A stretch of 64,000 nucleotides of DNA, taken from positions 4,250 through 68,249 of the IMG/VR virus record IMGVR_UViG_3300034071_001405. One strand, 5' to 3'. The position numbers were made by a program, and so were the translations under genes. This document shows positions 56,170 to 64,000 of the stretch, one piece after another (positions within the stretch are counted from its first letter, which is position 1; the number at the start of each line of letters is the position of its first letter). The notes below the pieces were generated by a model. The model made no database searches. It was given only the letters and a program-made list of their open reading frames with translations, and had not been told where the DNA came from. Origin of the DNA: a virus.

Positions 56170-59100
56170 ATGAATGAAACATGTCCTAATATAAATACAC
56201 CAGAGTGGAAAGCTCTAGTAAGTGCTGTTGGTGATGGTAATGCTAATACAGCATATGGCCTAAACAGTAATAAAATACCAACAGTTGAAAAAGCACGTGA
56301 AATTTTAAGCAAGTTGAAAACTGAAGAAAAAGATGAACAATTTACAAAGAGTTCAGATGCTTTTAAGTTAGAACGTGCAAGAGCTCAAATGACTGTTCTT
56401 GAACGTGCAAGTTTTTCTGCAAACGGATTGCAAAAAGAAACACTCAAAAAGCTGATTGTAATGAACAAAAACCAACAAGAGTTTTTAAAAAACAACCTAG
56501 AGTTGGCTAGAAAAGGTATGCCCACAATAAAAACACTTTCTACATCATCATACATTGGTTCTTCAGATTTTACAGGAGATGCAAAAGCTTATGAAGCATT
56601 TAAGTATTTTGGTACATTTGAGCATGAGGTCTTAGAGCTTGGTCAAATGGAAAGTTTAAAAACAGGTGTTAATATCATGCAAATTCTTACAAGAGAATAT
56701 TTTGATAGTACACTTGAGAACTACAAAAAGAAAAATCCTTTCTTTATTGAAAACCTTAGTGAAGATGAAATGTATGATATGACCATAGGTCTTGCTAAGC
56801 ACATTGATGTTTTAAATGACAAAGGGTATCTAATACTACCAGAGATTACAGTAACAGGAACAACACGTACAGGTACAACAGTTGTAGGACGTATAGACTT
56901 GTTGTTAATAGACAGTCAAGGAAGAGTTAGTATTTTTGACTTTAAAACAAAAAAGGTAAAAAACTTAGTTTACACTGATCAACTGACAGGTAAAAAAACA
57001 ATCAATAAAGAATATGCCTTTAATCATCTAGCAATACAAACATTTGGTATAGATAACAAAACTCAAACTGTAATGACACTTAAAGGTCAAAATCGTACAG
57101 CTTATGACACATGGACATTACAAACTAAGGTTTATGAAAACATGCTAATACAAAATGGTCTTAATGTAAAGGACCAAAACATCTTAGCTTTAATGTATCA
57201 AACAACAGATGAAGGTGTGTTTGAAGGTTCTGCAATTCACATGTTTGAAGAATCAAATTATTATGATTATGCAAATACAGCAGCAATTCCTGACAATAAT
57301 GGAAATTGGAAAAATGAACCAAATGCAAATTTTCAAAAAATAAAAAACTTGCGTGACACCGTAGATTATGAAATGCCAATAGCTGATGAATCTGTTGAAG
57401 AATCTAAAAAACGTTTTGATACGCGTAACTTAAAACTCAACTCAAAACAAGATGTGATGTTGAAAAACAGACTTCAGGAATCAGTTAACTCAGAATTGCA
57501 ACAAGTATTAGATAAGTTAAGTAGTGTCAAAAAAGAAGTTGACCCATTACAATATGAAATACTATCAACTAGACGTGAAACATTGAGAAGATTTCAGGAC
57601 GTTCTTAAACGTACTGAAAATGACAGCGATTTATCTTTAGCTATTAACTTTTCTCTTGCATTAGATGCTGTAGAGGATGACTTAATACAATTGTCAAATC
57701 TGGTAGACAAAGCAATGGAAAGTTTCAAATTAAACAAAGATTCTTATTCATCAAAAGAAGGTGTTAAGATACGTGAAATTTATGAGAAAAGTCGTGGGAT
57801 AGCTCAAGTATTCAGAACACTTCAAGAAATAGTAACAAGTGCAAAAGAAGATCCAACTAATAAAACAATCATTGATGAAACACTTGAAAATCGTTTAACA
57901 AAAATTTATAGTGCACTTAGTGTAATAGAAGGTTCGTTTGTCCAAGTAGCTTTACCCACTGTTATACAAGTTCTTAAATCTCCTGGTGAAACAGTATTTG
58001 TTCAAGTAAATGCTGAAATGAAAGAAGGTCTTCAAACACGTTTACAAAAATTAGAAAAAGAATTGACAAATCTTCAAGCTGGCAAACCTGCAAGTTTATT
58101 AAAAGGCTTAACACATAGAGCATTGCTTTTTGTTGATAAGGACTACAAAATAAACATGGCTGAAAAAATGGCTGAAAAGTATGGTGAAGCTTCTGCAGAT
58201 TTGATAGTTCAAATTCAAAGTAAGCAAAAAGAAATACTGAAAGTAAAATCTTTAATAGATGGTGGATTGCAATTTTCTGATGAAACATTAGAAAAATACA
58301 TAAATGGTGTTACAGACCCAGCTTCTGATTTTTATGCTGGTAGTAGAGAAACATTTACAGGAAGTTCATTATTGTCAGGTTTAGCACTTGACAAAGGTAT
58401 TGCAGGTGCGTCAAATTCTGACTTAGCTATTTCTGCATTTACAATGATGCTTAAAAACGCTGAAGGTCAAGCACGTAACGCAATACAAAATTCTATTGCA
58501 GCAATGCAGTTTGACCAAAAACGTGATAAACTTTTACAGCGTTATTCAGTGAATGAGTTGAATGCTATGGTGAGTGAATCTAGAAAGTTTACGTTTATAG
58601 ATAAAAAGACTGGAGAAAGAAGAACTATAAATCGTCTTTACATGAACAAACCCTACAGTGAAGAATATGAGTCTACTTACAGAGAGTACAACATAAAACT
58701 AGGTGAGTTTAGAAAAGAAATTGCAGCTTTAAAAGTACAAAATCACACAAAGAAAAATACACCAGAAGGTGTAGCTGCAGAAAAAGCATACCTTGATAAA
58801 GTTTCTGAGAAAGAAAAATATCAAGATGAGTACATTCAGTGGATGTTAGACAACGCAAGACTTCCTTATGTAGACAAGTTTTACTCTTTGCAAAAGTCTA
58901 TGCCTAATGAAATACGTGACAAGTTACAAAAACGTTATTTAGAAATAGAAACTATCACTTTCCAAGTGGGTAAAGGTAATGAGGTCTTGCTTGAAGAACA
59001 TGACTTTGAACGTCTTGAAGAACTTGAACAAGAAATAAGAACATTAAGAAAAAATGCTAAAGACATTAATCCTGAGTATGCTGAATACATGGATGATTTT

Positions 59101-62100
59101 AATGAGCTGTTTGAGTGGGATACTAACTTTTCTTACTATGAACGTATGCGTAACAATGCTTTATCTAAATACAAGGACACGCATCCTGAAGAATGGGCAA
59201 AGTGGCAAAAGTCTAATGAGATAGTAAGACCAACTAAACGTCCAGAACTTCCAGAAAATCTTGTGCAAGGTAACAATGTTATGTATCAAGACCAAATAAT
59301 GACTGTTAGATTTCAAAGACCTGAAGGTTCTGTAGAACTAGTAGATTCTGATGGTGTATTGTTAGTTGCACAACGTAAAGATTTAGAGTCTCTTTCATGG
59401 TATGAACGTTTGAGTATTCTATATGAACAACGTGCTCAACTTTTATTAGGTGATCCTGAAGTTGAAGAGCTTGCAAAAGAACGTGGTAAAATACTTTCTC
59501 AATATAAAGTTGGAGGACGTCTTAGGCCTAAGTTTATGAGTGAAGATGATGTTACACGTCTTGATGAAATTGAAGGAATGCTTGAGATGATTTATGAAAG
59601 AAAGAAAAACTCAAGTAATGAATTTACAAAAGAACAACGTAAAGAGCTAGCATTAATATCTACACAAATTAACAACTTAGTAGATAAAAAAGTATCTCAA
59701 GGATACATTGATGTATTTGAAAGTAATTTAAAAGTTCTTTACGGAGCACAAAAAGAATTATTAAAAGCTGAGAATGACTTGGCCATTGCAAAAACAAATG
59801 GTGACCGTGCAGCTATAGCTGAAGCACAGATTGTGTTAAATAAAGCAGAAGCAAACTTTGGTAAGGAAGAAAAAGACTTTAGGAAATGGTATGATTTACA
59901 TCACCATAACAAATATGTTTCTATATTAACAGGTGCTGATGTGCGTCAAAACATACCAAAAGCTTACAATCTAGAAAGACTTCCACCTGCAACTTTGCAT
60001 AGTCAGTATATGGAAGTTGTTCCACATCCTAAATACAAAGTAAAAAAAATAAAAGAGTCAGCAAAAAACCCAGACTTTTTACAAAGCGCTGAGGGAATAC
60101 CTTTGCCAAAAGCAATATCAAAATCTCCTACTGGTGAATTTGTAATTACTCCTGGTTATGAGAACTCTGCTAACGTAAGTACAAAATACAAACAGATGAT
60201 GAGTAATCCTGAAGTATTTTCTTTCTATAACGACATGATGAACATGTTTTTTGACTTACAACAAAAAGTTGAAGGAAGAAAAGTAGGATACATGATCCCT
60301 GGATTTTTAGCATCAAAAATTGAAAACATTACCACAAAAGGTGTAACAGGTTCAATAGGTGCTGAGTATGAAAAGTTTAAAGAAAATACTTGGAGACGTC
60401 AAAGTGCTGTTGACAGAGTAGATGGTTACTTTGGTGAACTAAATGGTAAGTTGCGTCATGGTTATACAGAACAACTTCCTGAAAACTTACAAACTAAAGA
60501 TGCAATAGGTGCTATCATGAAGTATTCTATAGAAGCTCATTATAACATTGCAATGCAAGAAGTGGCTCCTATGGCAGATACATTCATTGCATATTTTGAA
60601 TTAATGTCTTCCAATCTTAAAGAAAAAATTAAAAGTGGTACTAAGTTTTCATACACAGATGATGCTGGAAACGTTATACCTGTTGACATGACCAAACGTT
60701 TAGATGGTCTTGAAAACATGTTGTCTATTACACGATATGAGCGTAACAAACATCTGTATGGTCAGTATGAATCAGGTACTGCCTTTAATAAGCTTTATAC
60801 CAAAAGGCTTAACATGATTTTTTCTTACACTTCTTTTATACGTATAGGATTTGACGTTGCCAACCAAACAAAAAACTATATTTCAGGTAACGTGCAAGCA
60901 TTCATTGCTGCAGGTGGTTTAGATTCTGACAAGTACACACGTAAAGATTACAAGTGGGCAAAAGGTAAAGTATATGGATATGATGGATTTTTACACAACT
61001 ACTTCCGTGATTATGGTAGAATAGGTGATGTGAGTGAATCCACCATGCTCTACAGGTTTTTCAATCCTGCACAAAAAGATTTTATGGGTTACATGAATGA
61101 GGTGTCAGGAACAAAAAAACGTAAAGCCTTAGATACACTAACAAATATTCAAGAACTGGGATACTTGTTACAAGATAAAGGTGATACAGAAATTGCAGTA
61201 ACTGTAATGTACTCTGTGTTAAATCACAATCGTTATCGTGTCATTGAAAAACTTGACAAAGATGGCAAGCCTGTGTTTAAAAAAGATGTAAATGGTGAAG
61301 ACATAACCATACCGGCTCATGAAATCTACTACAAAGATGAAAAAGGTTTAATGCAACGCAGAAAAGATGTAGAGTATGATCAAGCAGATGAAAACCGTTT
61401 GCGTAACATTATCTATTCTGAGATGCGTAGAACTCAAGGTAACTATGCCAAAGCTGACCAAACTAAGTTTGAAGACAACGTTGTTGGTAAACTAGTGTTT
61501 TATTTTAGAAAATATCTTGTACCACAAATGTTAAACCGTTTTGGATACTTGCGTCCTAACTGGGAAGGTTCTGAAGCTGCTATTGGATACTGGAGAGCAG
61601 TTGCCATTGCATTGCGTTACTATGGACCAAACCAAGTTCTGAAACACTGGATATACGGAAGTAAGCACATGAGCAACACTAATCAGAACAAGCTAGGCAG
61701 TTTGTTTACTAGAAAAGTAGCTCAAGCAAAAAGAGATGCAATATTTATGGCGGTTTTAAGTACTATGAGCATAATGGCCTTAATGTATGTCAGAAAAAAA
61801 GATGATGAAGATGAAGAACTAAGTATGATGGAAGGTAACTTGATTCGTATCTTATGGGGTGTTCAAGGTGAGGCTACTTCAATGTTTCCTATTGGAGGAG
61901 GTTCTGAGGAATATATCAGAAACTTTACCACACTAACAACTTACACAAGAGAGTTTAAAGCAATTAAAAAAGCAGCAAGTCATCTTATATATTATGGTGT
62001 AGCAATGAGTATGAATGGAGGAGAAGAACCAGATCCAGATACTGATGGTGAATTATACCAAGACGTTTGGAAAGAAGCTTTCTACTCACGTAAGTCAGGT

Positions 62101-62220
62101 GCTTATGAAAAAGGTGATGCAAAAATCAGAAAAGACTTGATGGATTTGTCAGGTATAAAGAACTTCAGAGACCTTATTGACCCTAACTACAGAATTGACC
62201 AAATGAAGCGTAATCAGTAA
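56170..62220 (+). CDS. Giant cargo protein with N-terminal PD-(D/E)xK nuclease domain, 2016 aa
   Basis: GTFEH, E, GRIDLL...IFDFKT (56887-56946), LQTKVY; C-terminal QGNY...FRKY block. Confidence 0.78.
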   Translation: MNETCPNINTPEWKALVSAVGDGNANTAYGLNSNKIPTVEKAREILSKLKTEEKDEQFTKSSDAFKLERARAQMTVLERASFSANGLQKETLKKLIVMNKNQQEFLKNNLELARKGMPTIKTLSTSSYIGSSDFTGDAKAYEAFKYFGTFEHEVLELGQMESLKTGVNIMQILTREYFDSTLENYKKKNPFFIENLSEDEMYDMTIGLAKHIDVLNDKGYLILPEITVTGTTRTGTTVVGRIDLLLIDSQGRVSIFDFKTKKVKNLVYTDQLTGKKTINKEYAFNHLAIQTFGIDNKTQTVMTLKGQNRTAYDTWTLQTKVYENMLIQNGLNVKDQNILALMYQTTDEGVFEGSAIHMFEESNYYDYANTAAIPDNNGNWKNEPNANFQKIKNLRDTVDYEMPIADESVEESKKRFDTRNLKLNSKQDVMLKNRLQESVNSELQQVLDKLSSVKKEVDPLQYEILSTRRETLRRFQDVLKRTENDSDLSLAINFSLALDAVEDDLIQLSNLVDKAMESFKLNKDSYSSKEGVKIREIYEKSRGIAQVFRTLQEIVTSAKEDPTNKTIIDETLENRLTKIYSALSVIEGSFVQVALPTVIQVLKSPGETVFVQVNAEMKEGLQTRLQKLEKELTNLQAGKPASLLKGLTHRALLFVDKDYKINMAEKMAEKYGEASADLIVQIQSKQKEILKVKSLIDGGLQFSDETLEKYINGVTDPASDFYAGSRETFTGSSLLSGLALDKGIAGASNSDLAISAFTMMLKNAEGQARNAIQNSIAAMQFDQKRDKLLQRYSVNELNAMVSESRKFTFIDKKTGERRTINRLYMNKPYSEEYESTYREYNIKLGEFRKEIAALKVQNHTKKNTPEGVAAEKAYLDKVSEKEKYQDEYIQWMLDNARLPYVDKFYSLQKSMPNEIRDKLQKRYLEIETITFQVGKGNEVLLEEHDFERLEELEQEIRTLRKNAKDINPEYAEYMDDFNELFEWDTNFSYYERMRNNALSKYKDTHPEEWAKWQKSNEIVRPTKRPELPENLVQGNNVMYQDQIMTVRFQRPEGSVELVDSDGVLLVAQRKDLESLSWYERLSILYEQRAQLLLGDPEVEELAKERGKILSQYKVGGRLRPKFMSEDDVTRLDEIEGMLEMIYERKKNSSNEFTKEQRKELALISTQINNLVDKKVSQGYIDVFESNLKVLYGAQKELLKAENDLAIAKTNGDRAAIAEAQIVLNKAEANFGKEEKDFRKWYDLHHHNKYVSILTGADVRQNIPKAYNLERLPPATLHSQYMEVVPHPKYKVKKIKESAKNPDFLQSAEGIPLPKAISKSPTGEFVITPGYENSANVSTKYKQMMSNPEVFSFYNDMMNMFFDLQQKVEGRKVGYMIPGFLASKIENITTKGVTGSIGAEYEKFKENTWRRQSAVDRVDGYFGELNGKLRHGYTEQLPENLQTKDAIGAIMKYSIEAHYNIAMQEVAPMADTFIAYFELMSSNLKEKIKSGTKFSYTDDAGNVIPVDMTKRLDGLENMLSITRYERNKHLYGQYESGTAFNKLYTKRLNMIFSYTSFIRIGFDVANQTKNYISGNVQAFIAAGGLDSDKYTRKDYKWAKGKVYGYDGFLHNYFRDYGRIGDVSESTMLYRFFNPAQKDFMGYMNEVSGTKKRKALDTLTNIQELGYLLQDKGDTEIAVTVMYSVLNHNRYRVIEKLDKDGKPVFKKDVNGEDITIPAHEIYYKDEKGLMQRRKDVEYDQADENRLRNIIYSEMRRTQGNYAKADQTKFEDNVVGKLVFYFRKYLVPQMLNRFGYLRPNWEGSEAAIGYWRAVAIALRYYGPNQVLKHWIYGSKHMSNTNQNKLGSLFTRKVAQAKRDAIFMAVLSTMSIMALMYVRKKDDEDEELSMMEGNLIRILWGVQGEATSMFPIGGGSEEYIRNFTTLTTYTREFKAIKKAASHLIYYGVAMSMNGGEEPDPDTDGELYQDVWKEAFYSRKSGAYEKGDAKIRKDLMDLSGIKNFRDLIDPNYRIDQMKRNQ

Positions 62221-62313
62221 TTTTTGACAAAATGATTGTGCAACTTTCATAAATAATGTTTATATTATATAGAGGAGAACTTTCATTTACACTTTACAAA
62301 ACAACAACTTTTG

Positions 62314-62772
62314 ATGTCTACAATATTCAACTTACCAGATTTAAAAATTACACCTAAAAAAAATACTGAAATAGGTTTTTTAAAAGTCTATGTAAAAAAC
62401 AAACATTTCAAATATTTAGACTCTGAAGGATTTGAAAAGGATATAGTTCTTGAACGTCCCTTAGATGGTTTTGCTTTACAGACTACTGTTTCTCAGATAA
62501 CTTCTTCTGATACAATAATATCTGCATTAGGTAAATTGCAAGCAGGTATAAGTTTGTTTTCAGTTTCTGTTCTTTTTCAAACAGTTACACCTTTTACTTA
62601 CATTGCACCAGAACCAATGACTATTCTTAGTGTGTCAAACCCAAATGCTTTAACTTTTACAATTACAAGAAACAGTTTAGAATACACATTAGGTACTCCG
62701 ATTGCTCAGTATGATACAATTGTTGTTACAGTAAACTCAACAGGATTTATAAAACTTAATTGCACATTATGA
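62314..62772 (+). CDS. Putative tail fibre-associated protein
   Basis: ITSSDTIISALGKLQ motif typical of fibre proteins; preceded by a late-promoter-like TATATTAT. Confidence 0.5.
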   Translation: MSTIFNLPDLKITPKKNTEIGFLKVYVKNKHFKYLDSEGFEKDIVLERPLDGFALQTTVSQITSSDTIISALGKLQAGISLFSVSVLFQTVTPFTYIAPEPMTILSVSNPNALTFTITRNSLEYTLGTPIAQYDTIVVTVNSTGFIKLNCTL

Positions 62773-63947
62773 CAAATCAGTATTTTGTAGTAAACTCAAG
62801 TCCTTTTGATCCTTTTGAAAATGAAACATGGAATCAACTTGGGAAATTTTCAGATTGGAATCAGCCAACTTACACACCTCTAGAAATAGAAAATCATAGA
62901 CTAGCGTCTAAAGCAACAGACACACCTGTTACTTTACTCAGTACTATTGTACCTAGTAATAATGGAATTGGTGGAATTGGTAAATCGTCAGGTGGTATAT
63001 TAGCTCCTAATGGAAAAATTTATTTAGGTGCTCAAAATCCTGAAAAAATAATAGAATTTGACACAGTAACAAATACCATGCAATTTGTAGGGCCATCATT
63101 TGGATTTTCAACTGCAAAATATTACATAGGTTGTTTGAGTCCCAATGGTAAAATTTATTTTGCAGGAGGTAGATTTAACAACTATGTGCAGTTTGACCCA
63201 GATACGTACACAGCTGTTGTAACAAATGTGCCTGACGTAACAGCATCCCCTTTTAACTCTTTTTGGGCTGGTATAGTTACAGCACCTAATGGTTTTGTTT
63301 ACATGATTCCTAGACGTTGTAACCAAATAGTAAAAATAAATCCTGTTGATAATACTTACATTATTGTAGGAACTGTTTTAGGAGATAGTAAATATAGAGG
63401 TGCTGTTGTTGGTGCAGATGGTAAAATATACTGTGTACCAAGAGCAGCAACACAAATTTTAGTAATTGATCCTACAAACGATTCTTTATCCTTTTTAGGA
63501 GACTTTTCTTCTTTAGGTGGTGACAAATGGGAAGGCGCTTCACTTGCACCAAATGGAAAAATATACTGCATGCCTTCAGGTGGTATGCCTGCTGTTGGTG
63601 GTTTATACACAGTTTTAGTAATAAACACAAACAACCAAACCACATATTTTATATACTCACAACGTACTATAGCTCAATGTACTACAGGACCAGATGGTAA
63701 CATTTATGGTTCTTCTTTATGGAATACTCCAGGATTTTATTTTCAGTTGAATACTACATCAGACACTTTTACATGGTCATCTCCACAATCAGGATTATCT
63801 GCTGTAAGTCATATAGGCGCTGTTGTAGGAGCCGATGGTGCAATTTATTTAGTACCATATGATAGTAGTTTATTTTATAGAATATCTGAACCACAAACTA
63901 TAGATCCTGACAGAGCATTATCAAGATTTTACAATAAAGGATTATGA
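62769..63947 (+). CDS. Seven-bladed beta-propeller protein
   Basis: Seven [AG][PA][ND]GxIY-type repeats; ATGA overlap with the upstream stop favours start 62769. Confidence 0.75.
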   Translation: MTNQYFVVNSSPFDPFENETWNQLGKFSDWNQPTYTPLEIENHRLASKATDTPVTLLSTIVPSNNGIGGIGKSSGGILAPNGKIYLGAQNPEKIIEFDTVTNTMQFVGPSFGFSTAKYYIGCLSPNGKIYFAGGRFNNYVQFDPDTYTAVVTNVPDVTASPFNSFWAGIVTAPNGFVYMIPRRCNQIVKINPVDNTYIIVGTVLGDSKYRGAVVGADGKIYCVPRAATQILVIDPTNDSLSFLGDFSSLGGDKWEGASLAPNGKIYCMPSGGMPAVGGLYTVLVINTNNQTTYFIYSQRTIAQCTTGPDGNIYGSSLWNTPGFYFQLNTTSDTFTWSSPQSGLSAVSHIGAVVGADGAIYLVPYDSSLFYRISEPQTIDPDRALSRFYNKGL

Positions 63948-64000
63948 TTACAAAAATGCCAACATGCTCACAAACTAAAGTAGAACATAAAACTTAACAG

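Noticed and set aside
63944-63997. ORF overlapping the propeller gene stop
   Set aside because: Only 17 codons, no support.
1-64000. Stop-codon recoding (TAG/TGA) as in some Crassvirales
   Set aside because: Genes are intact under the standard code and tile the window. TGA ends several genes; TAG is unused as a stop in the called genes, which alone is not evidence of recoding.
1-64000. Short minus-strand and alternative-frame ORFs in the track
   Set aside because: They overlap long plus-strand genes, show antisense-shadow composition and have no recognisable motifs.
1-64000. CRISPR array, DGR, IS or integrase
   Set aside because: No regularly spaced repeats, reverse transcriptase or transposase seen. 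The 26198/28286 duplication differs at all base types, not only adenines.

Overview
The window is a contiguous, all plus-strand late (morphogenesis) region of a crAss-like phage (Crassvirales-type). A Bacteroidota host is inferred from A-rich leaders lacking Shine-Dalgarno sites and a canonical TTTG-N20-TAnnTTTG promoter. Gene order: terminase large subunit (5'-truncated), portal, scaffold-like protein, major capsid protein, conserved head/ring/auxiliary-capsid/tail-hub genes, Cys-rich decoration proteins, a metallophosphoesterase, an IHF-like protein, ring proteins, a small HExxH protein and the muzzle/tail-stabilisation protein. Seven large putative ejected (cargo) proteins follow, including a 4230-aa virion RNA polymerase (DFDVD), then the start of a fibre/beta-propeller module. 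Family names come from motif recognition and synteny, not database searches. Most notable observations: (1) the ~12,500 aa of cargo proteins contain, by my reading, only four cysteines, all at the facing termini of three consecutive giant proteins, suggesting a head-to-tail disulfide chain; (2) three cargo proteins are cassette polyproteins punctuated by a recurrent di-glycine motif, one with a tandem carrier-plus-variable-payload layout like polymorphic toxins; (3) the RNA polymerase is fused to intact-looking AlkB-type dioxygenase and RNase HI domains; (4) a structured RNA after the capsid gene has HDV-like ribozyme topology; (5) vWA/FN3/Ig-like domains are inserted into core virion proteins.
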